Source: Oscillospiraceae bacterium (GTDB taxonomy: Bacteria > Bacillota > Clostridia > Oscillospirales > Ruminococcaceae). Taken from it: a DNA stretch of 64,000 nucleotides. The position numbers and the translations under genes were made by a program. The notes beneath the pieces were generated by a model. It saw only the letters and a list, made by a program, of their open reading frames with translations. It made no database searches and had not been told where the DNA came from. Of the stretch, positions 1-10,300 are shown in pieces (positions within the stretch are counted from its first letter, which is position 1; the number at the start of each line of letters is the position of its first letter). The stretch spans positions 928-64,927 of the forward strand of contig CAAGBQ010000055.1 of NCBI GenBank assembly GCA_900768105.1, given 5' to 3'.

Positions 1-1898
1 ATTACTATGAGGGCGGGATAGCGCAGAATTATTACGATGCCTTGGCAAAAGAATACGGATTTTCCCTTGATGTTCCGGTAAAGGACCTTCCGAAGGAAGT
101 TATGGATATAATTCTGTACGGAACAAACGGAAAAAAGCTTCAGGTGCGGCGTGAAAGCGACAGTATGCACGGCTATATTACAACGGATTTTGAGGGTGTT
201 GTGAATAACCTTGAACGCCGCTTCCGTGAAACAGGCAGCGAATGGATGAAGGAAGAAATTGCGCAGTTTATGCGCGCGGTGGACTGTCCGGAATGTCACG
301 GAGAACGCCTAAAAAAAATCTCTCTCGGAGTGACCGTTGCAGGAAAAAACATTAGTGAATTTTCAAAGATGTCCGTAAAACAGGCGCTTGATTTTGTTGA
401 AAATATGCAGCTTTCCGAAAGAGAACAGATGATTTCCCACCTTATTTTGAAGGAGGTAAAATCGCGCCTTGGTTTTTTAAAAAATGTAGGGTTGGAGTAT
501 CTTACGCTTTCCCGCGGGGCGGCAACTCTCTCCGGCGGTGAAGCCCAGCGAATCCGCCTTGCAACGCAAATCGGTTCCTCGCTTATGGGCGTTTTGTATA
601 TTCTTGATGAGCCGAGCATCGGTTTGCACCAGCGCGATAACGAAAAGCTTATTGCGACGCTGAAGCGCCTGCGCGACCTTGGCAATACCGTAATTGTGGT
701 CGAGCACGATACGGATACAATGCTTGCCGCCGACCATATTGTCGATATAGGGCCGGGTGCGGGTGTTCACGGCGGCAATGTGGTATGCTCCGGAACGGTG
801 GAGGATATAATAAATTGTCAGGAATCCATAACCGGCGCATATCTTTCGGGAAGAAAGAAAATAGAAATTCCGGAGCAGCGCCGTGCGGGAAACGGCAAAA
901 AAATAACAGTAAAAGGGGCGGCGGAAAACAATCTGCGCCATATAGATGTAGAGTTTCCCCTTGGAACATTTTGCGTTGTCACAGGTGTTTCCGGTTCCGG
1001 AAAAAGCTCGCTTGTGAATGAAATCCTTTATAAAACCCTTGCAAGGGATCTTAACGGGGCAAAGTCGATTCCGGGAAAATGCGATGCGGTTGAGGGTGAG
1101 GAATATCTCGACAAGGTAATCTGCATAGACCAGTCGCCCATAGGGCGCACTCCGCGTTCCAATCCTGCGACTTATACCGGGGTTTTTACCGATATACGCA
1201 ATCTTTTTGCCGAAACGGCAGAGTCGAAGGCACGCGGTTATAATTCCGGCAGATATTCGTTTAATGTAAAGGGCGGCCGCTGCGAAGCGTGCGAAGGCGG
1301 CGGCATTATTGAAATTGAGATGCACTTTCTTCCGAACATTTTTGTTCCGTGCGAGGTTTGCAAGGGAAAGCGCTATAACCGTGAAACTCTTGAAGTGCGT
1401 TATAAGGATAAAAACATCAGCGATGTGCTGAATATGACCGTAGAGGAAGCACTTGTTTTCTTTGAAAATGTACCGAAAATCCGCCGAAAAATCGAGGTTT
1501 TGCAGGAGGTGGGGCTTGGCTATGTAACCCTTGGCCAATCGGCGACTACACTTTCCGGCGGTGAAGCTCAAAGGGTGAAGCTTGCGACGGAGCTTTCCAA
1601 ACGCCCGACCGGCAAAACGGTTTATATCCTTGACGAGCCCACCACCGGACTTCATACGGCAGATGTTCACAAGCTTATTGATGTTTTGCAAAAGCTTGTG
1701 GATGGCGGAAATACGGTAATCCTTATTGAGCATAATCTTGATGTAATCAAGGTTGCGGATTATCTTATTGACCTTGGGCCGGAGGGCGGCGATGGCGGCG
1801 GTACGGTTGTTGTTGCGGGAACGCCCGAAAAGGTTGCCGCCTGCAAAAAATCCTATACGGGACAGTTCCTTAAACCGATTTTGGAGCAGAAAAAGTAA
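1..1898 (+). CDS. uvrA: Excinuclease ABC subunit A (UvrA), 5'-partial. The reading frame is open from the window edge.
   Basis: Two ABC signature/Walker B regions ([12 protein letters not shown]...[12 protein letters not shown] and [12 protein letters not shown]...[12 protein letters not shown]), a P-loop GVSGSGKSS and a zinc-finger CxxC pair. The frame continues upstream of the TTG at 42 with no stop. Confidence 0.95.
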   Translation, partial: YYEGGIAQNYYDALAKEYGFSLDVPVKDLPKEVMDIILYGTNGKKLQVRRESDSMHGYITTDFEGVVNNLERRFRETGSEWMKEEIAQFMRAVDCPECHGERLKKISLGVTVAGKNISEFSKMSVKQALDFVENMQLSEREQMISHLILKEVKSRLGFLKNVGLEYLTLSRGAATLSGGEAQRIRLATQIGSSLMGVLYILDEPSIGLHQRDNEKLIATLKRLRDLGNTVIVVEHDTDTMLAADHIVDIGPGAGVHGGNVVCSGTVEDIINCQESITGAYLSGRKKIEIPEQRRAGNGKKITVKGAAENNLRHIDVEFPLGTFCVVTGVSGSGKSSLVNEILYKTLARDLNGAKSIPGKCDAVEGEEYLDKVICIDQSPIGRTPRSNPATYTGVFTDIRNLFAETAESKARGYNSGRYSFNVKGGRCEACEGGGIIEIEMHFLPNIFVPCEVCKGKRYNRETLEVRYKDKNISDVLNMTVEEALVFFENVPKIRRKIEVLQEVGLGYVTLGQSATTLSGGEAQRVKLATELSKRPTGKTVYILDEPTTGLHTADVHKLIDVLQKLVDGGNTVILIEHNLDVIKVADYLIDLGPEGGDGGGTVVVAGTPEKVAACKKSYTGQFLKPILEQKK

Positions 1899-1905
1899 TA
1901 AAACG

Positions 1906-1947
1906 GAGCAAAAGAGCATAAAAATGCCTTTTTGCTCTGTTTTTTTT
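1906..1947 (+). terminator. Intrinsic terminator after uvrA
   Basis: Stem gagcaaaag/ctttttgctc followed by a T8 run. Confidence 0.6.
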
Positions 1948-2031
1948 AAAATATTTGTTCAAAAGCCTGTAAAAACGCCAAAAAATATGTTATGATAAAC
2001 TATCAATATGTATAAAAGGAGCGGCTCCACT

Positions 2032-2781
2032 ATGTCCGAACAGATAATTTTTAAAAATCAGGCTTTCGGCGGCTTCAATAAAGAGGAAGTCCTTAAATAT
2101 ATAGATTTGCTTAATGCAAAGCACACCGAGGAACAGGAGCAGGCAAGCGCAGAGAATGCGAGCCTTGCTTCACAAATTACAGACCTTAAAATAAAAACCG
2201 AAGAAGGCGAAAAAAGCTTTAATGAGCTTATGAACGCCTATAACGAAATGCGCGAGCATTATATGATGCTCAAAACCCGCTGCGATAATCTTGAAAGCGA
2301 TAATGCAAAGCTTAAAACCCGCTGCGAAATTGCGGAAAAGGAGCTTTGCATAGAAAAGGAACTTAATAAGCAGCTTGAAGATAAAATGGAGCAGGAACAC
2401 CAAAAAGCCGATGAGCATGCGGCAGAGGGAAAACGCCTTGTTGCCGCGATGAAAGAAATGGGAGATTCGGCAAGAGTGATGCTCAATGGAGCAAAGAACA
2501 ATGCTCAAAGCATAATAAATGATGCTCAAGCCTCCGCAGAGAGTATAAATGCAGAGATTGACAGCTTCTGTGCGGAGGTTGAAAAGACGAAAGCATTTAT
2601 GCAGGATTCCCTTTCCGTGCTTACCCAACGCCTTGAATACATAGGAAAAACGGCCGCCGCGGCAAAGATTGCTTCCGACGGTAAGGCGGAAAAATGCAAC
2701 GAAATACAAAGCGAGTACGAAAAAATGGTAACGGAAGCGAACGGCAAGGTGGAAGCCTTTAAAAATCGCTTTTTTCAGTGA
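2032..2781 (+). CDS. Coiled-coil protein with a DivIVA-like N-terminal motif
   Basis: The N-terminus FKNQAFGGFNKEEVLKYIDLL resembles the DivIVA-domain start. The rest is E/K/A-rich heptad-like sequence. The ATG at 2032 has an AAAGGAG RBS, so it is preferred over the ATG at 2008. Confidence 0.6.
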   Translation: MSEQIIFKNQAFGGFNKEEVLKYIDLLNAKHTEEQEQASAENASLASQITDLKIKTEEGEKSFNELMNAYNEMREHYMMLKTRCDNLESDNAKLKTRCEIAEKELCIEKELNKQLEDKMEQEHQKADEHAAEGKRLVAAMKEMGDSARVMLNGAKNNAQSIINDAQASAESINAEIDSFCAEVEKTKAFMQDSLSVLTQRLEYIGKTAAAAKIASDGKAEKCNEIQSEYEKMVTEANGKVEAFKNRFFQ

Positions 2782-2845
2782 CCCGCCGCAGCCCGTAACG
2801 GAAGTTGAAATCGCGACGGGCGGCACAGAAGGCGGTAATCGAAAC

Positions 2846-3181
2846 ATGGCTTTACAAAAGCCGCGGCAGATTGTGCCGCGGCCATCGTCAAAAATTGTTC
2901 TGCGGCAAAAGCGCAGCTTTGCGGACGAGATAAAAAGCCTGATAAGAGCGATAATAAAACGATTTTGAACACAGCGCCGAATGAAATATTTCGGCGGTTG
3001 TTTTTAAAAGGAGGAGATGCCGGTGCGGGTAGAGCTTACGGTATATTCGGATAACGAGCGTGCAATTCACCTTTATGAAAAATACGGCTTTGTAAAAGAA
3101 GGCGTAAAACGCAGGGCTGCCATAAGCTGTGGGCAATATAAGGACGAGGTAATTATGGCGCGAATCAAGGATTTCGGTTAA
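2846..3181 (+). pseudogene. Degraded GNAT N-acetyltransferase remnant. Only the C-terminal 54 codons (3017-3181) are intact.
   Basis: 3017-3181 translates to MPVRVELTVYSDNERAIHLYEKYGFVKEGVKRRAAISCGQYKDEVIMARIKDFG, a typical GNAT C-terminal beta4-alpha3-beta5 region. An upstream out-of-frame piece (...VLRQKRSFADEIKSLIRAIIKRF*) is weakly motif-A-like. No full-length frame exists. Confidence 0.45.
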
Positions 3182-3190
3182 GGAGAAAAT

Positions 3191-4315
3191 ATGGATAAGC
3201 TTAAAATATCCTGCCCGTGCCTTTTTGGACTGGAAAGCGTACTTTCCGGCGAGATGAAGCGTATGGGCGCAGAAAATATAACCGCAGAGGACGGCAGAGT
3301 TACATTTGAGGGAAGCTTTGAGGATGCGGCACGCGCAAACCTCCGCTTGCGTACTGCGGAAAGAGTGCAGATAATTGTTGCGGAATTTACCGCGCGAACA
3401 TACGAGGAACTTTTTCAGGGCACTTTGGCTGCTCCATGGGAGGAATTTATCGGGCGCAAAGATGCGTTTCCGGTAAAGGGCAGAACGGTAAAAAGTCAGC
3501 TTTACAGTATGTCGGACTGTCAGTCAATCATTAAAAAAGCGGTGGCGAAGCGCCTTGAAAGCGTTTATCATCAAAGCTGGTTTGATGAAACCGGCGCGAC
3601 GATTCAGATTCAGTTTATGCTGCTGAAGGATAGGGTAATGCTGCTGCTTGATACATCCGGTATTGGGCTTCATAAAAGGGGCTATCGCCGCAATGCGGTG
3701 GAAGCACCGATAAAGGAAACAATCGCTGCGGGAATTGCCGACCTTGCCCATGTGTATCCGGACAGTGTTGTTTGCGACCCGATGTGCGGCAGCGGCACGC
3801 TTATGATTGAATCTGCGCTGAAAGCAATGAACATTGCTCCGGGAATAAACCGCCATTTTGCTGCGGAGCAATGGGGATGCTTCCCATCTGATGTGTGGCA
3901 GCGCCAGCGCGGCGCCTGCCTTGATGAGATAAACCGCGACGCTCCGTTTGAAGCGTTTGGCTCCGACATTGATCCGGAAGCGGTGCGCCTTACTATGGAG
4001 AATGCCGCTAACGCGGGCGTTGCAGGAAGGATTCATGTTGAACAGCGGGATATGCGCGAATTTGAATTTCCAATGGCGGAACGCCGCCTGATTATGCTTT
4101 GCAATCCGCCTTACGGTGAACGGATATTGGATATAAAGGAGGCGGAGGAGCTTTACCGCGCCCTCGGAAGGCTTTGCGAGCCTGCGGCGGGCAGAAGCTT
4201 TAACATAATTTCCCCTCACGATGAATTCGAGGCACTTTTCGGAAGAAAAGCGGACCGCCGCCGCAAGCTTTATAACGGTATGATAAAATGCCAGCTTTAT
4301 ATGTACTTCAAGTAA
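3191..4315 (+). CDS. THUMP-domain class I SAM-dependent RNA methyltransferase (RlmL/YpsC-like)
   Basis: N-terminal THUMP-like region, SAM motif DPMCGSGTLMIE and catalytic NPPYGERI. Confidence 0.85.
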   Translation: MDKLKISCPCLFGLESVLSGEMKRMGAENITAEDGRVTFEGSFEDAARANLRLRTAERVQIIVAEFTARTYEELFQGTLAAPWEEFIGRKDAFPVKGRTVKSQLYSMSDCQSIIKKAVAKRLESVYHQSWFDETGATIQIQFMLLKDRVMLLLDTSGIGLHKRGYRRNAVEAPIKETIAAGIADLAHVYPDSVVCDPMCGSGTLMIESALKAMNIAPGINRHFAAEQWGCFPSDVWQRQRGACLDEINRDAPFEAFGSDIDPEAVRLTMENAANAGVAGRIHVEQRDMREFEFPMAERRLIMLCNPPYGERILDIKEAEELYRALGRLCEPAAGRSFNIISPHDEFEALFGRKADRRRKLYNGMIKCQLYMYFK

Positions 4316-4371
4316 TTTGAGCACGAAGTGCTCAAATTAAAAAGGCTCCGTGCTTAAATGAGCACGGAGCC
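4316..4371. terminator. Two adjacent hairpins between convergent genes, probably a bidirectional terminator region
   Basis: tttgagcac-gaa-gtgctcaaa, then ggctccgtgct-taaat-gagcacggagcc with an A-run on the left, which is a T-run for the minus-strand gene. Confidence 0.6.
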
Positions 4372-4391
4372 TTCGTTACAATTAGGAACAA

Positions 4392-6815
4392 TCAGTTATC
4401 AACAATCTCCATAACCGCTTTTGTTACGGCAAGAGCGGTTTTTTGTATGTCTGCTTTGTCAATAAGGCTTTCAACCTCTGCGGGATTGGAGATAAAACCG
4501 ACTTCGAGCATAACTGCGGGGCAGAGGGTAAGGCGCGTGACGGAATAATAATCTTGCTTTGAGCCTTCGTTATCGCGCCGTGTTGCCGCAGAAATGTAAT
4601 CCACAAGCTTTTGCGAAAATTCTGCGGATTCCGCATAGTGATAATATACCTCTGTGCCGCACCAAAGGTTAGCATCGGCATTTTCTGCAATGGAATTGGA
4701 GTGGCAGCAGATATAAACATCTACAAAGGCCGCGCGCGCAGGGTCGGTTCTGCCATAGGTATCAAGCTTGCTTCCGTCGGAAACAAGCAGCACGATTTTT
4801 GCGCCTAACCGCTCAAGGCTTTCTGCAATGGACATGGTGTTTGCAAGGTTGATTTCCGCTTCGTTAACTCCATAGTCGCCTGCGGGACTTAAAGCGCCGG
4901 GGTCCGGTCCGCCGTGGCCGGAGCATACCGCGATAGTTATTCCGGAAAGAGGCTTTTCAAGGTTTCCGGAAAGTACAGGCTGTTTTTTAAGCACAACGGT
5001 CATTGTTCCGGTTTCTTCGTCCGTCTGAATATCCCAACCCCAAAGGCTGTGCTTTGCAAGAACGACCACCGTAACCGTGCCATCGCCGTTATCAATTGGA
5101 TTTACTATATAAAATAGCTCGGAAGCTTTATCAATGGAGCCAAAGTCGCTGTATGCGGTATTATAAAGGGTAAGCCGCAGCTTTTTGCCGTCAATTTCAC
5201 CACGGAATGCAGGAATATTGGTGCAGGAAAGGTGAAGCAGCTCATAATTTTCACCGGTTTCTCGGCCGGCGGCGGTAACAGTGTTTTGAATATCTCCGCT
5301 TCCTATAACGGGGGTGCTGTGTGCTTTTTTGATGTAGCCGCCCATGGAAAGACCATACCAGTCATCGGTTTCCTCCACAACATAGTCGGTGCAGCCGGTG
5401 CGCAGAGTAGCCGTAAACCCGCCGGTAGTTTCCGGCTGCGGTTCTATGCCGGCAAGGTTGCAGTTTGCGCGGATTGCGAGCTTTGCTCCATCGCCTATGG
5501 CAAAAACCTCGCCCTCGCTTTTATAGTTTTTCGTTTCGCCGTTATAAACAAGGGTGTATGAAACAGAGCCGAGGGAGGTTACTTCTCCGGAAACAAATTT
5601 TTCCTCCGGAATAACGACCTCCGCCTTGAATTTTGCGGGAACGCCGGCGTCCGCGGCGGCAACCTGCGAAAGAGTTACGCTTTTGCCCGCAACGCTGGCA
5701 TAAACCGTGCCGCCGCTTGGTCCAATGCAGGTTATGGTTACGGCTTCGCCAATGCGTGCGGAAAGGGAGGCAGTGGGCGCAATGGAGGAAAGACGGGAGG
5801 TCTTTCCGCTGCCGCCGGTCGCGGTGCCGCGGTTTATGGTTACATAACGGACGGAGTCACCTTGGGTAAATGTATATGTAGCGCCTTTTTTCGGCGCATC
5901 AACCGTTACGGCAAAAAGTCCGCTTTTTCCGGTGCGCTTGATTTCGGCTCCGTCCATATAGAGCTTTTTGTTCGGGTCGGAGGTACCGAAAATTGTGTAT
6001 TTATATGTTTGCACGGTAAGTGCGGAAGTGCTTGGGCGGGTTATGGCAAATTTTTGCGAAATTGAAAAGTCGGCATATTCATCAAGCACCGTACTGCCGA
6101 ATGACCCAACAAGATAGCTTGCGCTTCCATTTGCGTCGTCTTTAAGCGCCGCATAGTCATAAACGCAGAAGCCCGCGTTGCGAAGGCGGTTGACAAGATA
6201 CTGATTATTAAGCTCATATGCATCGCCGAAAAAGTCGCCGCGGCTTACCGGAACAAGCACGCGTGAAAGGTCGTTTACCGTGTAGAGTGAAGCTCCGGAA
6301 AAGTCTGTTTTGAGCTTTTCTAAATAATCCTCATAGCTGTTTTCGGAATAGGAGGAGCAAAGGTTTTCTGCAAAAATAATATTGAAGAGGTTGGAGGAAT
6401 AAAGCTCTGTGGCTCTTGCCGCAGCTGCTTCGCTGCCGAAGGGCAGAAAAACGCCGGCCTTTTCGCCAAGCGCGGCAAGGTTCTCTTCGGATGCCTCCAT
6501 AGCGGGGATGAGAACGGATTCAAAATTTTTTGCGGAAAGGACGGCTGCGGAATCGCTGTGGCAAAGGGCAAAAAGCTTTGCACCGTCAACCGTGCCGAAA
6601 AGCTCGTCTATGTAGCTATCGGAAAAGCCGTTCCGGCAGTCGAGTAAAATTCCGTTAAAGCCGCTTTCCTCTGTAAAAGCGGCAATCTCCGAAGCGGAAG
6701 CGCCGCTTTTCGCGTCGAGCACGAAAAGCTTATCCGTATTTTCTGCGGCAAAGGCGCAAACAGAAAGAATGAGCACCGCCGCGACGGCAAAAATCAAAGA
6801 AACTGTCTTTTTCAA
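4392..6815 (-). CDS. Secreted N-acetylmuramoyl-L-alanine amidase (C-terminal Amidase_3 domain) with a large N-terminal region of unknown function
   Basis: Signal peptide MKKTVSLIFAVAAVLILSVCAFA. The C-terminus has AVCSGHGGPDPGA...CHSNS...EVGFISNP, typical of Amidase_3. TTG start with a GGAGGA RBS, overlapping the upstream ORF stop (TTGA). Confidence 0.8.
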   Translation of the reverse strand: MKKTVSLIFAVAAVLILSVCAFAAENTDKLFVLDAKSGASASEIAAFTEESGFNGILLDCRNGFSDSYIDELFGTVDGAKLFALCHSDSAAVLSAKNFESVLIPAMEASEENLAALGEKAGVFLPFGSEAAAARATELYSSNLFNIIFAENLCSSYSENSYEDYLEKLKTDFSGASLYTVNDLSRVLVPVSRGDFFGDAYELNNQYLVNRLRNAGFCVYDYAALKDDANGSASYLVGSFGSTVLDEYADFSISQKFAITRPSTSALTVQTYKYTIFGTSDPNKKLYMDGAEIKRTGKSGLFAVTVDAPKKGATYTFTQGDSVRYVTINRGTATGGSGKTSRLSSIAPTASLSARIGEAVTITCIGPSGGTVYASVAGKSVTLSQVAAADAGVPAKFKAEVVIPEEKFVSGEVTSLGSVSYTLVYNGETKNYKSEGEVFAIGDGAKLAIRANCNLAGIEPQPETTGGFTATLRTGCTDYVVEETDDWYGLSMGGYIKKAHSTPVIGSGDIQNTVTAAGRETGENYELLHLSCTNIPAFRGEIDGKKLRLTLYNTAYSDFGSIDKASELFYIVNPIDNGDGTVTVVVLAKHSLWGWDIQTDEETGTMTVVLKKQPVLSGNLEKPLSGITIAVCSGHGGPDPGALSPAGDYGVNEAEINLANTMSIAESLERLGAKIVLLVSDGSKLDTYGRTDPARAAFVDVYICCHSNSIAENADANLWCGTEVYYHYAESAEFSQKLVDYISAATRRDNEGSKQDYYSVTRLTLCPAVMLEVGFISNPAEVESLIDKADIQKTALAVTKAVMEIVDN

Positions 6816-7027
6816 AGCTTAAAATCCTCCGGATTATATTGCTGAAGCGCCGGAGCGGTGGGCTTCGGCCTTCTTAAAATTGGGTCGTAAGTAAAGGAAA
6901 GGCAGGAAAAGCCTTTTTCAACAATACCTTTCTTTTTGCAAAGGATATTTTTGCCGTCGGCAGAAAGGTATCCCTTTTCACAATATTCACAGCGCGGTTC
7001 AATATTTTTATCGAAAAATCTTTTCAT
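6812..7027 (-). CDS. Small 71-aa four-cysteine protein, translationally coupled to the amidase
   Basis: GGAGG RBS 7 nt before the ATG. Cys pattern CxxC-x13-C-x11-C. The stop overlaps the amidase start. Confidence 0.5.
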   Translation of the reverse strand: MKRFFDKNIEPRCEYCEKGYLSADGKNILCKKKGIVEKGFSCLSFTYDPILRRPKPTAPALQQYNPEDFKL

Positions 7028-7377
7028 AAAAACACCTCCCTTTTATACATCAATATTATATCAAAGACGGCACAGATTTTCTATAATAAAATGTTACGAT
7101 TTTATGCTGAATTCGACTAAAATCGCTTTTTGTGAAGGCGGCTGCGCCGCTTTTTAAAAAAATTTTGACCGTTATTGCCATCTTTTCGCAAAGCGCTTGA
7201 CAGAAAGCAAAAATGCGGATAACATAGATAAGACAACATATGTGTTATGAAGCTGCGGAGCGGTACCGCTCCATTCTTTACTCCGTAAAGAATGATAAGC
7301 CTGTATGATAATAGGCAATTACAGCCATAGAAGGCTGTTTGCGAATACATTATAATTTAAATGAGGAGGAATTTGCA

Positions 7378-10300
7378 ATGAAAAAATTCCTGTCGTTATT
7401 GCTTGCGGCAATAATGATGCTTTCAGTTTTGCCCATTTCGGCGTTCGCCGATATGCAAGGCATCGACTTTGCGCCAATCGGAGCGCGGGGCGAGCCGGCA
7501 CAGGAACAGCCTGCCGAGCATGAGCAAATATCTGAAGCGCCGGAACAGCGGGAAGAATCCGGCGAAGAAATAGAAGAAAGCGTGTTTTTGGCTGCGCCGG
7601 CGGCGAATGGTTCAGCACCTGCACCAAGTGCCGAAAATGGTTTTGTTGAAGAAATATATTTTCCTGTTTCCGCAAAAAGGTCTTTGGGAAACGACCTTGA
7701 GCGTATTCAAGGCTTTACTTTTGACAAAAATGTAACAAGCTATGATTCCGTTGTTTTGCCGGATATTGCAGGAACGCTCGGGCAAGCCTCCGTCTATATC
7801 GGAATTACTGTTCCGGAAAGTTATGTCGCCGGAACGGAAGAACTTTATTATCAGCTCTATTTTGACGGTGTAGCATCGGGTAAGTTGACCAAAATTAAAA
7901 CAGCAATGACGAGGGTTGTAAGCTTGTTTCCGATGAAACAAGTAGAAGTCGGCAAATGGAGAACCCTGACCGTTCAGGTGGGAATACTTGATTCTACAAA
8001 AAAGAATTATAAGTTCTTTGATGCTTATGAATTCCACCTTACCCGTCAGGCTTCAATAAAGACGCTTGCAATTTCTTCTGCCGGAAAAAGCCTTACTATA
8101 AATCCTGCACCCGATTTTACAAATGAGCCTTATGTCCGCGATTACTATATTGTAACATCGGAAAGCAGCATTGACCTTAATATTACTCCGTCCACGGGCG
8201 CGAAAATATATTTGGGAGAAAGTGAGATTGAAGGTAAAAAGAATGTAAACATCGACCTTGAACCTTACCGTACCGGAGAAAATTCGGCCAAACTTCCCGT
8301 AACAATAAGGCATGACAGCGGCGTTGTAAAATCCGAAACCACATATAATATATATGTAAGCGACAAAGATTACACTCCGGTTATCACAGAGCAGCCGAAA
8401 AATACTGTGGTCGAAAAGACCGATAAGATTCCTCTTGCGGTTGAAGCCACAATAGAGGATGGCGGAAGTTTGAGTTATCAATGGTATTTGGTGTCGAGCA
8501 ATGGTTTGGCAAAGAAAATTGAAGGCGCTACCGAAGCAAAATATTTTCCTTCGACAGAATATGCCGGAAAAAGCAAATACTATTGTGTAGTAACAAATAC
8601 CATGGAGGGAGTACCGTATATGGATACCTCCGAAACAGCGGAATATGAAGTAAAGCTTACATATCTTACCGCACCGAAAAGCTATATTAGAAGCAACAAC
8701 GGATATTCTTTTTATGAAAACGGTCGCCCATGGTTGGTGGTTGGCGTGGCGGACAAAAGTTCCGATAACTCCGATAACGATACATTTGAAGGTCATGACA
8801 TATATAAAGAAATAAAGGTTGCAATTTACAGGACGGACAAGGACGAATCCACAGGCGGCGAGCTTGTTGCCGAAATCGGTTTTCCGAAGGCAGAAGAAGT
8901 CAATTACAGAATGTACCACAAAATGCTTTCTCCGCAATCCGTAAAGGGCACTTGGTATTATTATGCGGTCATAACTTTTTCCAAAGAGGGATTTGAGGAT
9001 GCGACGGGCACTTCGGAGCCTATTGCCATTACATTTAGCGAAATCGGAGGGCTTATTACAGGTCTTGAAGGTTCCGGTTCCGCTGCCGATCCATTCCTTG
9101 TTCATAATCAGCAGGAGCTTGAATATGTAAAAAGCATGGTAGAAGGCAAAAACGGAACGGCATATGATTTTGCCGGACAGACCATTGCGTTTGCGAACGA
9201 TATTTCACTTTCCGTGGATTGGCAACCTATCGGCGGCCTTAGGGAAGGTGCAAGTGAAAAGGACAGAGGTTTTGGACTTTTGCCGTTTGCAGGTATAATT
9301 GATGGGCACGGATATACCCTTACTATTGCCGATAACGGAAAGTGCCTCCTTAAATATGTTCGTAATGCCACAGTAAAAAATCTTAATATAAAAGGAAGCC
9401 ACATCCGAAGCAATGGTCTGGTAGAAAAATATATAGTGGACTATGGCGCAGATGCTAAATATGACGGACAGGTGTCAGAAAAAACCGCAACCATAGATAT
9501 TGAGAATGTCACTATAAAATCCGGCACAAAAATTTTAATGTCCGGCTTTATCAGCGGCTATGCCTCCGGAGCAAATACAGTTAATATTACGAATTGTGTG
9601 GTTGAAAAAGGTGTCGTAATAGGGGATGACGGTACTTGGGGAGAAGTTGATGACGACGAGTTCGAGTATGAATATGTAGGAAATCTGAATCACAAAGATT
9701 GCATTGGTTCTTTCGCAGGTTCGTTTAACGGAACAGTTAAAAACAGTGTGAGTTACGCTACCGTTTATGGCAGAAACCATGTTGGCGGTTTTGTTGGTAT
9801 GAAGGGTCAATCGATGGGTTCGTGCGATTTTGTGAACAATGCGTTTTTCGGTAAGGTAATAGCAAGCGGTGACGGCGCGGGCGGAATTGTAGGAAGCGGT
9901 TATGGCGGCGCAAGCGGCACGCCTATGGTACAGATACATAATTGCTATGTTGATGCCGAAATCGTAGGCAACGACAGAGTCGGTGGCATCATCGGTGAAG
10001 AAGGCGGACACAAAGATAATGTTGATGAAGGCGATGTTTACGGCGTAAGGGGCGTTGTTTCCGTTTCAGAAACACATTTCTACGGAAAGGTTTCCGCAAA
10101 AGGCAGTTATGTTGGCGGTATTATCGGATACTTTAATGATTTTACCAAAAAAACCGGAGAAGCAAGCAACTTCTTTATTGATACCTGCGGAACCGATAAA
10201 GCAATCGGCGGCGTTGCCGATGGCAATGAGGTTGTTGGCGAAGAGCTTTACGGCATGGCTTTTTCTAAAAAGGAATTTGAAGATGGCACTATAAACGCAA

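Noticed and set aside
477-1919. 480-aa minus-strand ORF antisense to uvrA
   Set aside because: It lies entirely inside an unmistakable uvrA frame. Its composition is Arg/Leu/Ile/Lys-rich, typical of shadow ORFs, and it has no RBS or motifs.
7028-7377. c-di-GMP (GEMM-I/II) riboswitch upstream of the surface protein
   Set aside because: Only generic short hairpins are visible. The one CGCAAAGC-like string lies upstream of the candidate promoter, and no tetraloop/receptor architecture could be traced.
8053-9105. 350-aa minus-strand ORF inside the surface-protein gene. The same reasoning applies to 9535-10011 and 10066-10596.
   Set aside because: It is antisense to a continuous 1113-aa frame that has a signal peptide and a sorting signal, and its composition is shadow-like.
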